Positions 26,552 through 40,893 of a DNA stretch of 64,000 nt are shown here, piece by piece; position 1 is the first letter of the stretch, and each line of letters begins with the position of its first letter. A program made the translations under genes and the position numbers. Origin of the DNA: Paraspadella gotoi (lineage: Eukaryota > Animalia > Chaetognatha); contig CM119267.1 of assembly GCA_051294375.1 (NCBI GenBank), positions 7,978,683 through 8,042,682 of the forward strand, given 5' to 3'. The notes under the pieces are model-generated. The model ran no database searches. It was given only the letters and a program-made list of their open reading frames with translations, and was not told where the DNA came from.

Positions 26552-28017
26552 GAGAGAGAGAGGAGAGAGAGAGAGAGATGAGAGAGGCAAAAATTTTAAA
26601 ATGTAACTGAAACTCTATTCATTCCACAAAGGAACGGATCGCCCGCTTGCCGAATGACGATTTTGATGTCCAGGATAATTGGCGCCTTTTTCATTAAATT
26701 TGACACGACGCGCCTTTTTTTTTTACGTATTTTTTTATTTCTTTGTTTTATTTGGTTGCTTTAGTTCTTTTAACGGTTTCTTTCTGTTTCTATATATTTA
26801 CTCGCCGACGATTTTTCATGCGCGCCTTTTTTTTTAAAACTCGTCTCAGACATAATTTTTCTTGAGTTTAATGTAATAAAATGAAAATCACTTTACAGGC
26901 CGAAAACATTTTTGCAATAGGGTGTTCTCTATAATCGTATTTACGGTTTTACCAGTTAACTTTTAACTTAAATTGAGGACAGGGGACAGATGACCGAGGA
27001 CTGAGGATTAAAGAACGCTATATTTAGGATTAAAAAGAAGTTGGAAAATGACGAAGAATTGAAATTGATCTGAAATCACGAGTCACGAGTCACATTTCAT
27101 CGATGATTCACAGATTAAAATTAAATAAAGGGGAATTCTCAAATTACAGATTCGTCAGCGCTATATTTGTATCGAAATTTTGTTGTATCGTGGTAAATTT
27201 TTAAAAGAAATTGAGAAAAAGGTTAATTTCAGAAAGATTTTTATACGTTCGTATTAAATTAATCTAATGTCAGAGAGGTTTAGCAGTTTATTTCGGAAAA
27301 GACATTAAAAAACATAATTATTTAGAAACGCGAGATTTAAATTGGATTAAATATTTACTGAGTTATATTTTATCACGAAAGTTATATTCGAAAAAAGAAA
27401 AAAAACCAACGACTCAGACTTTAAAAAATTAAGCGGTGCTTGGGAATGTGGCGTGTGTCGAGTCTTTTCTCTTCCCTGATCCGACGCGCCTTGATCTTTT
27501 CTCTCTTTCGATTCTTCTTTGTCACGCCACTCTATTTCGCCAATCGTTTTTTAGTCTTTTGCACATTTTTGATTCATTCATTCATTCATTCTTCATTCAT
27601 TTTTCTTTCTTTTTTCTTTCTTTCTTTCTTTCTTTCTTCTTTCTTTCTTTCTGTTCTTTCTTCTTCTTTCTTTCTTTCTTTCTTTCTAATTTTATTTATT
27701 TCTTTCCTAAATTCTTTGTTTTCTTTTTATTCTTTGTTTCTTTTTTCTTTCTAATTTTTTTTCTCTCTCTCCTTTTCATCTGATTCGTTCTGGTCTATCT
27801 GGTCTTCCCTTCTCCGTTCTGGCAAACCTGTTATTAGGAGAGTACCAAAGAAAGCCTGACTTTTTTTTTAAACTTCATTTTGAAGCGGTCGTCATCTTTT
27901 GTGTTCGTTGTCGTCGTTTCATCTTATCGTCGTCGTCGTCGTCTTCGTCGGTCGACAAACAGGTTTTCCACATCGACGACTTCCGACCTCACGGCAACAC
28001 CCAAGTTATGCTTGACT

Positions 28018-28152
<135 letters not shown>

Positions 28153-28321
28153 TCTTTGCACCTGTTCCTGATCAATGTTAACGGAAAAGCCAAATGCCTT
28201 TTTTTTCAAGGTTTTCCGCAGGGCCCTCGGACAGACCCGTGAACAGGGGACCGCTATCCGATTATCTCACTCCTTTCTCTCTCCCTCTCTCTCTCTCTCT
28301 CTTCTCTCTCTTCTCTCTCTC

Positions 28322-28356
<35 letters not shown>

Positions 28357-29017
28357 CTCTCTTTTCACACTCCCGAAGAGAGTTTTTTTCTTTCTGAAAT
28401 ATAAACTTACGCAAAACGATTGTACCTCGGTAAAAAACCGGGGGTGAGTTTCGTTAAGGCGTTCGGTTTTTTGCTTTCCTCCGTTCGAAGGCGTTGTTCC
28501 TTGTTTCTTTTTCCTTTTGGTTTAAATGGGTGGGACGAATAGTTATTGGTTTAGGATGAACTTCAAATAAAGCTTTTCATTGAAAGTATGAATTTAATCA
28601 AATGCGTTCTCGTTTCCCTAAAATCATTTGTTTTAAGCGCATACCACTCATTATTCGAATGTGAACAAGGGCATATAAAAACCCAAAGCTGGTTCAGTAA
28701 TATCTCTTTAAATACAATAAAAGCAATCTAAGAACATGTCATTACGATATTTAAAAGCTTTTAGTTCTTTAAATGTATTCCTTTCTTGCCGATGATTTAA
28801 ATTATTCATTAACATAACTCAGAAAGAACTGTGTCTTGTTTAGCTTCGTGGTTACGTTTCTTTCTCCCCCCCCCTCCCAAAAAAAAAGCTCGAACCCGCC
28901 CCTAAGCGCGGTTTCATGGTTTAAAATCTTCCGTGTTATTGTTAATTATTTTTTAAACTGCATGATAAATTGCTCGTGGGAGAGAAGAATTTCTTCTCTT
29001 CTCTCTCTCTCTCTTCT

Positions 29018-29089
<72 letters not shown>

Positions 29090-29536
29090 CACAAGTCGTA
29101 GCAAATTAAATTAAAAAAAAGTTCCCTTGAATTGACTCCAAGATTCGCTGGGGGTCGTCGATCCAAAAAAATCGTAAGACTAATTTGAAGGATTGTGGGG
29201 CGTGGTTTGATGTGGCTGTTTTTGGGCGTGGCTTTATCTGGTTAGTTGTGGTGCGTGGCGTCGGATGTGGAGGCGTGCTAAGATGAACTTATATGTGGTT
29301 TGAAGTTTGGCAAGATGTGGTTAAATTGGTTAGAAGGCGTGGTTGATGTTGTTATTGGTGTGGACTGTGAGAGTTTTTTTTGGCGAAGTTTTGTAGTTTT
29401 TGATGCTTGCAAGAGTGGTTATAAGGAGTGCAAGATATGTGATAGGTTTGAAAAGATGTGGTAGGTTAGGCGTGGCCTTGAAGTAAATATTTAGACATGT
29501 GACGGTGAGAGGTGTAAGTCGTGGCTTTTATTAACT

Positions 29537-30751
29537 TAGGGTTCCGATAAACCTTAATTTTTCGAGAAATTGTCGCTAACCGTTAAATAATATTTTTAAC
29601 GGTTAACCGTTAAAATACGGGTAATTTTATATTTACTTTAATATTATTGATTTAATCAAAACTAAAGTATTTAATGAGTATTTTATCTTTAACCTTCTTG
29701 CCCACCTGAATCTGTTTTAATCTTTTATTCAGATAGGATAGGTACACATTTTAGTTAGTAAATTAAAAAATTAGTTTTGAATCTACCTATGATAAATTTA
29801 GCTAATCAGATAATGTCGTTGATTAAATCTTACTTAACAAAACTTTTTCTTTTTGCCTCATAGCATAATAAAAATATATAAAAGGGACAAAAGAAAGAAA
29901 AACACAATGTAATTTCTAATTCTTGCTTTGTTTTTTCTGTCTCTTCTCTTTTTTCTACATTATATGTCTTCATTATTTTTCTATTGTTAGTTTCTTGAAC
30001 GCTTGTTTTCTGTTTTTATTTTTTTCATAATGCCATAACCTAAATATTAAATTATGAATATTAATTTTGAATTGAATGTTTGATTTGATCGTATTGCATC
30101 CAAAGATTTATTGATTATTAAATATTTTTCAGTTTATTAAATTATCATGATTGAAGGATAGTTTTTAGTTAAGCCATTTTAAGAATTAGTTCCTTTTATT
30201 ATTAATTCTTTTTATTACTATTATTTTTTTGTTTTTTTAATAATTTTTTCATTTCATTAGTTTATTTTCATTTGCTCTTTGTTTTTTTAAAGAGTGAAAA
30301 CAAAAATAGCCAAAATAGGATATATTTTTTATATAAATTTTAATTTGCAGAAGAAAATGTATACAACTATTTGCATGTCTGCATAATTATTATATTTCAA
30401 TAATTTTTGATATAAATGCATTAAAAAATTGAATTGTAAGGAAAAACTTTTAAAAATTGGGTGAAAAAAAGTTAAGAAAAAAAAAAACACTTGGAGGGAA
30501 GAAAAAAAAAAAATGGAAAGAGAGAGAGTGAAATATGGATTGAGAAAGAGAGAGGAGATAAGATGCCAGGAAAAAAAAAATATTTTCTTTTAAAAATCAA
30601 GATTTTATACTCAAAAATAAAAAAATCATATATTAAAAATTAACCGCCCGAATTTAACCGTTTAAAAAATATAATTAACGCAGTTAGGTTAGAATATTCT
30701 TAAGCCGGTTTAATAACCGTTAAACTGTTAAACGGTTATCGCTAACCCTTA
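29537..30751. mobile_element. Non-autonomous TIR DNA transposon (MITE-like), probably hAT superfamily
   Basis: Left end TAGGGTTCCGATAAACC and right end GGTTATCGCTAACCCTTA form an imperfect TIR. Multiple subterminal TAACCGTT/AACGGTTA motifs at both ends. Flanks TTTATTAAC and TATTATAAC versus a single TTTATAAC at the empty site (about 21505-21512) fit an ~8-bp TSD blurred by read errors. Interior is AT-rich and non-coding. Confidence 0.72.
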
Positions 30752-31000
30752 ATATTATAACACGCTATAAGAAGTGATTGTAGTTTTAGTTATAGTTCTG
30801 GTTGTGTCATGAATCATAATGAAATATACTGCAATCTCGCAACATCAAACGACTAAACCGCCTGTCCTCGAATGTCGGCGCAAAAGCCAATAAACCCGAT
30901 TCATGGAAACATGGTTCCTCATTCTATCACGGCGCGAGAAGTGGCGTCCCCTTAATTAGGCGTGTCGCATAAGCCTCCACCTAATCATAGGGTCCTCTCT

Positions 31001-31038
<38 letters not shown>

Positions 31039-31936
31039 TCTCTCTTCTCTCTTCCCACCCAATCTCTTCTTCTCTCCATCTCTCCCCCTGCGCCATAAAA
31101 TCTCATTCCAGTCCAGAAGAGGAAGAGGAGAAAGCGGACAATCCTTTCGAGTGGTTTTTTTTTTCTTATTTAATTGTTTTTTCAAAATTTTCTCCGACGT
31201 TTTTGTGTCAGAACAAAAATTCAAAAGCGCATTTTTTTTTTTTTGAGTGAAAAAAGAAAAATTACACATTGAGAAATTTGTTTTTCTTTTTCAAATTGGA
31301 AAAACATGACAAAAAAGTAATTGGTGTCATTTTTCTTTCATTTCTTACATATTCTCCTCTCCGTTGGGCCGACCTCGAGAGTTTTTGTTACGTCTTGACG
31401 ACGGAAAAAAAAAAATAAAAAAACACCAAACAGGAAAGGTTTACTTTTCGCCTGAGCGACTTCCTGTTGCAGCGGTGTTCGCGGCGCGAGTTAATCGTGA
31501 AAATGTTTGCAAAAAAACAAAATATTTTCTCGGGCTGGCAGAGTAGATGCGCAAGTCTCAACATCCAATTGACGAACAAAAAATAAGTGTCAAAATCGTT
31601 AAAGGTGGGTAGTGGTGATTTTTCATAAGCTATCTAGATTTATTCGTTTGCAAATCAACCTAGTAAGTAATAGTAGTATCACTCCCAGAAAAGACAACCA
31701 GAGCTTCATTTCTTTGGAAATAATTCCAAAACCCCACTCCCATTACCTTACCCTCCATAATCCCAAAGAGGAAAGTTTGAGATACAACCGCTACCGAATC
31801 GCCCTTGTTTATTCTATCTCTTCGTCGTCCTCTTGTCACTTATTCCTTTCTCATCTTCATCACTTCACTTCTCCTTCGATTCCCCTCCCTTTCTTCTCGC
31901 ATGACTCTCCTCTCTCTCTTCTCATCTCTCTCTTCT

Positions 31937-31994
<58 letters not shown>

Positions 31995-31999
<5 letters not shown>

Positions 32000-32315
32000 T
32001 CAAATTGGGCTAGACTACCCTCCAGTGTAAATGCCCTTCTTCTTTATAGTCCGTGAAAATCAGAGTGGAAGGGAGTGAGGCCCTGACCCCCTTGCATCGT
32101 TCAACCAAGGTTTGATCGACAGTTATTTTGCTGTTCGATTCTTCTATCAAGTTGTCTTCTAATTCAACCTCTATTAGTTCATTAATTTATTACAAACGTA
32201 AATAGATCATTATATGATCAAAATTAGGTGTCGGAAAAAAGATATCTATTCGAAAATTATAAAAAAAATAGCAAACATTAAACTTATTTTCGCTGGCTTC
32301 CCCGGGAGATCTTTA

Positions 32316-32347
<32 letters not shown>

Positions 32348-32351
32348 CTCA

Positions 32352-32409
<58 letters not shown>

Positions 32410-32511
32410 CTCTCTCTCGATCACGAACTCAAAATCCCCAAGCGCGCGTGAGATAAAACTGTTGGACGACGACGAAAAGAACTCCCGACGATGACCTCGA
32501 CGGCGGATAAG

Positions 32512-32546
<35 letters not shown>

Positions 32547-32724
32547 ACGACACGACGACGACGACGAGCGCCACGCTGTTCTTCTCAACCGGCGCGATCG
32601 TGACTTCATGAGAGTGGAGGGGCGGAGGGTCGACGTTCGGAGAAGAGGAGAGAGAGAGAGAGAGAGAGAGTGANNNNNNNNNNNNNNNNNNNNNNNNNCT
32701 TCTCCTTCTCCTTCTCTCTCTCTC

Positions 32725-32774
<50 letters not shown>

Positions 32775-33128
32775 TCAAATTGGGCTGACGCTCCCCCAGC
32801 TGTAATGCCCTTCTTCTTTATTAGTCCGTGAATCCAGAGTGAAGGGAGTGAGGCCTGACCCCCTGCATCGTCAACCAAGCGTTGATCGACAGTTATTTTG
32901 CTGTGTCGATTCTTCTATCAAGTTGTCTCTAATTTCAACTCTATTAGTTCATTAATTATTACAAACGTAAATAGATCATTATATGATCAAATTAAGGTGT
33001 CGGAAAAAAGATATCTATCGAAAGATTTAAAAAAAAATAGACAACATTAAACTTATTTTCGCTGGCTTCCCCGGGAGGATCTTATCTCTCTCTCTCTCTT
33101 CATCTCTCTCTCTCTCTCTACCTCTCTC

Positions 33129-33190
<62 letters not shown>

Positions 33191-33420
33191 ACGAACTAAA
33201 ATCCCCAGCGCGTGAGATAAAACTGTTGACGACGACGAAAAAACTCCCGACGATGACCTCGACGGCGGGATAAGGACGACGACGACGGACGACGACGACG
33301 ACGACGACGAACGCTACGACAGACGACGACGAGCGCCACGCTGTTCTTCTCAACGGCGCGATCGTGACTCATGAGAGTTGGGAGGGGCGGAGGTCGAGTC
33401 GGAAGGGAGAGAGAGAGAGA
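31995..33420 (+). repeat. Duplication, 31995-32673 repeated as 32770-33420 across a 25-N gap
   Basis: ACACATCAAATTGGGCT... starts at both 31995 and 32770, and the sequences stay collinear up to the (GA)n tract. Confidence 0.92.
32674..32698. other. 25-N placeholder gap (others at 44861-44885, 55519-55543, 57441-57465)
   Basis: Four gaps of exactly 25 N, each with overlapping or duplicated flanks, as left by long-read gap fillers such as PBJelly for overfilled gaps. Confidence 0.9.
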
Positions 33421-33437
33421 GTGAGAGATGAGAGGGA

Positions 33438-33474
<37 letters not shown>

Positions 33475-36400
33475 AAGAGAGGGAGAGGAGAGAGAGGGGA
33501 AGGGGAGAGATGAGAGAGGAAGGGAGGACGAGAGAGAAGAGAGAGGAGGAAGGACGAGAGAGGGGGAGGAGAGAGGAAGGGCATGAGATGCTAAGAAGAT
33601 AGAAACAGGAGATCAGCATCAAGCTGAGTGGACATAATGATTGGCGGACAGGGCGATTGAGCAGACATAGAAACCAGAGATACATCGGCGAGCTCGATCT
33701 TTAGAAGGGAGGAAGGACATCGCGAGCTAAATTTGAATTTTAGTGGGCGCTTAAGACAGACCGAAAGACGGCTCAAACTCGTCTCTCCATACGGGAGAAG
33801 GGGGCGGACCGTCTGAAGAAGATTTGAAAAAGGTGGAGGTTCGTCTGGTCGAATCGATGTCCGTCGATCGAGATTAGCAGTAACTTGATCTGGGATTTCG
33901 GATATGAACGAGAACTGGCTGACTCTCATTGATTATATAGAGTTTATCCGGAATGGGCCAGAGCTCGATTTTATATATAAGTTGCTATATAAATAAGATA
34001 TTCGCGCAAAATCAGTTATTGAAAGAGTATGCATTATAAAACAGATAAGCTGAAATACTAAGAAATTTTACGTACGTCGCTGAAATAACTTAGTTATTGT
34101 GGTGAGGAAGAACACGGAGCCGAATCAAAGGAAAAAAGGTCAGCATTTCGCCGACGTAACGTCGCCATCCGCGACGCCGCAGAGCATTCGGTCGTCATGT
34201 CGGACGCCGTCCACGCCTGCACTCGCGTCGCTAGGAGCTGCAGTAGTACAGGAAACAACGATGTTACTATTAAGGAGAACTGTTTAAATCCTTGACGAGT
34301 GAGAAGGTATATCTTCCGTCGACCTATACGTAAGTGGAGCCGATCGGTTAAGTGTTGCTCTCATCTCTTCATGATTACAACAACTCTATCGTTAAACAGT
34401 TAAACTTCGAGAATTAAATAAGAAACAATAAATTATCAGTCCGCTGACCTTCACAAAGAGATAAATTTCGGTTCAGTTCACCACCGAAATTTGTTTTCTT
34501 TATCACATTCGCCAATCTTTTTTATCAACTCTGACTCAGATTCCGGCAAATGCGGCAGGCCAGAAACTTTCAGTCTAATCATTGGAACCTCTATTTTTCA
34601 CGCGGAATTCTCGGGGTTTGTCAACTGCCGGATTTTATAGACAACCTTGAATCCGACTGACGGACCTTTATCTGATAGTAATACAGAAGATAAAAAAGTG
34701 TTGAAAAATGTAAGTGACAAAATGCACTTCTAATCTTTTTCAAACAAAGATACTTTCTTTATGGTGATGCTGCACCTCGGCCAAGTAGCACGAACGAGCG
34801 CGCGGCCGGAGATATATATACTAAAGCCGAATCGATTTCCTATTTTGTTGCTGCCAATGTAGTATAACAATCGCAGTATTATATATGGATTAGTGGACAG
34901 ATGGTGTCTTTAACAGATAAAACCATTGTATGTTAAATACTCCTACTCAAAACGAGTATCAAAAGTTTGAAAAGTGGGTGCTAAATCTCTCAGACACAAG
35001 TCGAAGACCTCACCACTCAAAATTTGCCCCACGCCGAAACTGCCAACTTACCGTGTAACAGCGTCGTTAATTACACAGCGGAACCGAATGTGTAACCTCC
35101 CCTACTATTTAAACGGTCATACTCTAATTCTTCTTTTACCGCCCCAATCGGGGTGCGAACCCCACCGCAAATTCCGGCGGCGACTTCACCACATCAGCTT
35201 CTCCAACCCCCTGTGGGTCGAAAAGTCCCCTCCCTCTGCCCAATTAACAGCCGCACCAGACGAGGTCTCCCTCATCACGTTTTATTACCAGAAGATGTGC
35301 TGGCGGATCATTCTCCACGACACTATATTTCGTGAAAAACCCGCTACAGTAGGAAGCTAAAAGAGCATCTTACCGGGGATCTGTCTCGAGACGAGCGCTC
35401 GCGAAAAGCAGTCATATTGAGTGAGGGAACGGCGGATAATTGAAAAGGAGGGCGCGGAGTGAGCGATATAACCAATATAGTGGCAGAGGGAGTGAATATG
35501 TTTCAGATCGAGATAAGACATAATGTAGCTGTGAGAAGCAGACAGGACATGGGGGTGCCGAACTCCGCTGGAGTTTAGAGGGAAGGGGCGTTGGCAAACT
35601 AATTGAGCCGTAACGCGTCTGGGAGCTATATCCACTAGAATAATTGGCGGCAGAAGCCGGCCAGCCGATTGCGCCTTTTAACGTCCAACCTGTAGCTACC
35701 GACCGTATTGAGTGGAAGCGCAATTGCGGAAAGAACAAAAAAGAACCTTGATATATACAAGTCGAGATCTGTATGGTGAAGTGTCGCATTCTATAAAACA
35801 CCAGAGGTACAGCCACGACTCGCTCTCATTAGCCGGGAACGATACGAGTCGCCAGCTTCTGCACAAGCTTTTCGTGGGCTAACTACTATCACTAAAGTAC
35901 CTTCCGGTCCTTGAATGACTTTAATAAAATATTTGTCTTTCGAAGAACTGACAGTTTTAACTTTTTCTTTGCTCTGCTCGTTTCCTCTCTTCTGATTCTA
36001 AACGACCTGGCCATGCTACTCCTCGAGTTGCTAGTCACGTTAAAGCTCGACCACGACAATAATTCACCAACCGTCACGACCAAAACCCTGAAGCACGTTA
36101 CTGCGCTCGTCTCTATGTGAGAGTGATACTCTCTCCTACTGTGAACGACTGACGCCATCCCTTGTCTGTACACTACTCTCGCCAGCTCCTCGGAGGCGCT
36201 TCTAATCCGCGCGATTAGAGTTAGATATCTATCTTACGTCACCTAGGCGATACTGTATCTTTATAATATAAACACCATGCGAGATAACCCGAAACACAAA
36301 ACAGTCTTGTCTGATTTAAACCTTATTGTCCAAGATAGCACGCAGCAACTCCATCCTCTCGTCTCGAGGTAGATAACGAGCGAGTATATAGATATGGTCT

Positions 36401-37274
36401 CTGTTCGTTCTCCTTGCAGTCCGGCGTGTAGTGACATACGGCTGCGGATAAGACTGTATTATTGTTCTGCGGTTAGTGTAATGGAGTGTGCTAGTCTATG
36501 TTCGGTTTAAGTAAGAGATGAAAATATTGTTTCTCATAGAGTGAACAGAGAGGAGGAATTCAAATTTCCTACGCAACGATGGTCGTGAAACAGAATCCTC
36601 ATACGTATTCGAAGAAAGTGGGCCTCAAAGGCCCATCCTCACATAACCGAAATAATAGAGGAGAGCTATAACATATGAACTCGTTCCCCAAGATCACAAG
36701 TGGCGAACGCTCGGAGCGAACTTTTGCGGCAGTGGGTGAAACTGTTGTGAGAGAACTAAAATATTTTCTCTTTGATGAGGACGATGTTTTCTTATATATC
36801 CTACATATACATCTTACAGGAGACCTATTATACGCTTAAGAGCAACAACAGCACTATTAAGATATACTAATCGGATATATCACTCTCAAACCTATATGCA
36901 ATTTTAAGAGAGGATATTACCTGTTACATCATGTAAGCTGCTCCTCTTCTTTCCGATCTTACCCTCCTAGACTCTCTATGTACGTGCCTTTTTTTTACAC
37001 AAGAACGTCTGTTCGTGTGTCCACAAGAAATATCAAACGAGAGATATAAGCAAGACACAGTGGGTGTACACGCTTTAGCAGTTTCCTCGATACTCATATC
37101 GTGCCTGTCCGACCCGTCTGCTTTGCGCGCGACCATATAGCCTTTTACACTAACATACACACCATAACACATACTCTAGCTCCAGGTCGAGGCCGATTAA
37201 CCCAAGGCTGCCGTTATTACTGCGTCATCTCTCGTCTACGCGAGATCTCTCTTCTTCTCTCTCTTCTCTCTTCG

Positions 37275-37308
<34 letters not shown>

Positions 37309-40300
37309 AAGTGGGTGAGACGAAATACAGCGACCCGTGTTTCACGAGGTTATTCGATCTTTTAAAAGCCATCACCTCTTTGCGTTTGTACCACTATAAA
37401 TCGTGTCATAAGAGCGAAAATTATTTCCAATTATTTTGTATATATCTACTTCCTTGTCTTGATTCCATTACTACCGTCTGAATAATTACGTTCTGTCTTT
37501 TCGGGCATTCGATAAAGCTGGTCTTGCCTGCTGCGTCGTCTCCTCCTATCTTTTCATGCCTTCTCTCAAAATCTCTCTCTGCAGCTTAATTTTCGCATAC
37601 AGCTCTGTCTCTTCCCCTGTATTCTCTCATCCTCCTTCTTCCTCCCTGTGATGTCCGAGTCTCGCTCACCACCACGCCTTTCAATCCTGTCTAAAGAGAC
37701 CGACCCGCCGCCTAAAGCAATCAAAGTGCGCTGCGAGCTCGTCCAGATAGTCTCCGCGTCTCGTCGGTCTCTTTTCTCGAGTTCTCTCTCTCTCAGGCGT
37801 ATAGTTCTCTGTCCTTTGCGTTATGGGCGCGGGCTGATCGTCTGCATCTCTCTCTGCGTTTCCCACCATATACCTCTCTCCCTCGAGGCCTCCTGGCCTC
37901 TCTCTGCTCTCATCCTCTCTCTCGTTCTATCTCAAAGGATCACGACCGACGACGACCGCACGACGACGGACGAAAGAAGAACTCGAGGCGTCTCGAAAAC
38001 CAAAGGGTTCTTTTTCTACGGCGCGAGCAGCTCTGCTCGCCGGGTTTTTTTAGCATATACTCGCTCCGCCGCCACCTGATATAGTTTCGCCTCGCCTTTC
38101 CTCAATGTTTGTCGTCGAGTTGCGCTCGTACTTATTACCATAAATAACTAGGCGATACATGGAAGAGAATATATGTTAGTGGTATGCCGGACTGGTATAG
38201 TGCAATATATACTGAAAAGTCCTTTCCCAGGCCTTAGTTTATTTAGGTCTAGAAAAGAACGTACGCATATTTACATCTACCTTTCGTTTATTCAATATCG
38301 GAATTCTCTCGAAGCGAGATTTTCAAGACCACCAGACCTGCTTAAATCTCGTGAGTTAGGAACATCTTTCAGAGGTCTCAACATAGACGTTCCGTAAACT
38401 CTGAATGAGATTTACTTTATACTTAAACGGAGTCACCGCCAATATTTGTTCTTATTCACACTACATATATAGAAAATATTGAAAAATGAATAATAGCCGT
38501 ATACAGACGCGAATACATAAACGAACGTGAGATCGTATAAACTGGATCGAGTCTCTCCTGTTGATTCTGTTCACGTGCCACCCGAGAAACCCGAGCTGCT
38601 CTCGGCTATCGTCCGTCGTCTTGGTTTTCGTGAGCGATACTCTTGCGCTCTCGCTCTTGCTGTCCTTCTAGAAGCCCTAATCTCTCGTGCGCTTTGGTTT
38701 GCGAGTGAAGAGCGAAAACTAAATAGCACAAACACACAAACATAGCACAACAACTATAGAAAAAAAACACTTAAATCAATATTATCTAAGTGGTTCAAGT
38801 GAACCGCGCGGAATTTCCTTGTTGACATGAAGTTACTCTCTTTCACAGGCCAAACTCCGCTCCATTGTCTCACCCAGCCGCTTTCTCGTCAGACGGCCGT
38901 CGCCTGGCACGAATCCCGAGTGCAATGTGTAAGCTTTAGAAGGATTGATAGGATACGCACGAAAACCAAAAAACATCACCGCCTGGAATGTTTAGCAAAG
39001 GACACGAGGAGGTTGGCTTTAGAAGGTTTCTACTTCTCACAGTGTATGCTTAAAGTCTCTTAGTTTTGGGTGATTTTCTGCGTGTCTCTTCTTAATTGCG
39101 TATTTTCCCTTTTTTTCTAGCCATTGCTACTCACATGCCTCTCTGCGTGCTCTCTCGTCTCTCTCTCTTCTCCTCTTCTGCGTGCGTCCATTCTTTCTCG
39201 TGCCTGCTCTGACTGCTCTCTCTCTCCTCTCTCTTCTTCTCTCATGTATACCTATTCCCCCCTGCATCTCCGTTTTCTTGATTCGGTTCAAATATATACA
39301 TTCAATTGTCTTCGCTTACTCCGATGTATTAGGCCTCGTCCAGACAGTATTTGCTTCCTTCTCTTCCGTCTTTCACACATTCCGAATCGTGACGACATTT
39401 CTGGCGTCTGTCTACCGGACCGTTATCCTCGGACTCCACTACCGTTTCAGTGTGTTATTCTGCCCTAGCCCCTTATGTTTTCCGTTTTCTCCTGCGGCAT
39501 TTGTTTACTTTCTCGGCGTCGAAGCGTCCGATGTCACATCGGGTGGCCGCATATGAGAGAATGACACCCACTAAGATTACGAAGATATGGACTATTGCTG
39601 ATACCTGCTTTCCGACTCCTGACGTTATATAGGCAATTGCTCACTCAGACTTATGGATGTTTCTCTATCTGGTCGTTCGCGGGGAATGAATAGCAGCTCC
39701 TCATCCGTGTCGCTATACTGAATGCGTTTCGCTTGCTGTCGATTATTGGATCCTCCTTAATACTCCGTCTCACGCGCACAGTGATTTCTGCCCGGAGAAA
39801 CCTCTCCATCTCTCTCCTGGCTTTCTCACTCAACGATGCCCATCGCGATTCTATTTCTCAATCCACATATTCGTGCGAATAACATACGCTCTCCTGCGCC
39901 ACTCTTCATCAGTTAGTCTTGAACCGCCTTGGTATCCATACGTTTTGTTAGTAGTCGTTAATTAAAAAATCGCGCCGAACCCGAGTAGTTTGCAGATTTC
40001 TTTTTTTCAGTGTTATTTTGATCATATAGATTTTAAAAGAGAAAACAAACAGTCTTACGTATCGAACGACGAGAGAGGAGAGAGAGATGAGAAGAGAGAG
40101 GAGAGAGACGAGACAGAGAGAGCAGAGAGAGAACGAGAGAGCGGAGAGAGCGAGAGAGGCAGCAGAGCGAAATTGAGTTTCTTTATTCCGTCTTTAATAT
40201 GCCTTTCAGTTTTTGCTTCTATTTAAGCATTTTTTTCGCTCGGTCGATAAAAGAAATTCTTTTTTACTAGAATGTTTTCAGTTTTTATATAAAACTAATT

Positions 40301-40355
40301 TTCCTGCAAGGACCCTGTCCCCTCTCTCTCTTCTCTCTCTCTTCTCTCTCTCTCA

Positions 40356-40392
<37 letters not shown>

Positions 40393-40857
40393 CTCTCTCT
40401 CTTTCTCTCTCGTCCTCGAGTCTCTCACGTGGAAAAGAGAACGAAAAAAGATCAAAACGCTCGACCATATAAAAAAAAAGAAAAAGAACGCCATGAGTAA
40501 ACATTTGATGTTTTTCTGACATAACACTCGGGAAACTGATAAAAACATTCATAAATTGGATCGAAAATTGATATCTTTTTAATTTTCATCTTATTTTTCA
40601 CTTTCTAAACAACTTTTCTTTTTTATATTTCCAATTATGGAAAACATCAGTAGGCAACGTGAACCATTAGTCCGAAAGTTATCTGCAGCGTTCGACGTAC
40701 AGATTCTTTTCTGTGTCCTTAGAGGATGAGAGAAATGTTTAAAAGAGTTGGAAGAGTGATCTGGTTGATGGTGTGGGCACTTGTATAAAAGCTATTTATA
40801 TATATATACTTAACGATAGTACAAAATGTATCGTCTTGCTTACTCTGATTGAAGATC

Positions 40858-40893
<36 letters not shown>

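Noticed and set aside
34974-39833. Complex-looking ORFs of 60-143 aa
   Set aside because: They lie within the error-inflated copy of 40890-44740 and have no counterpart in the cleaner copy.
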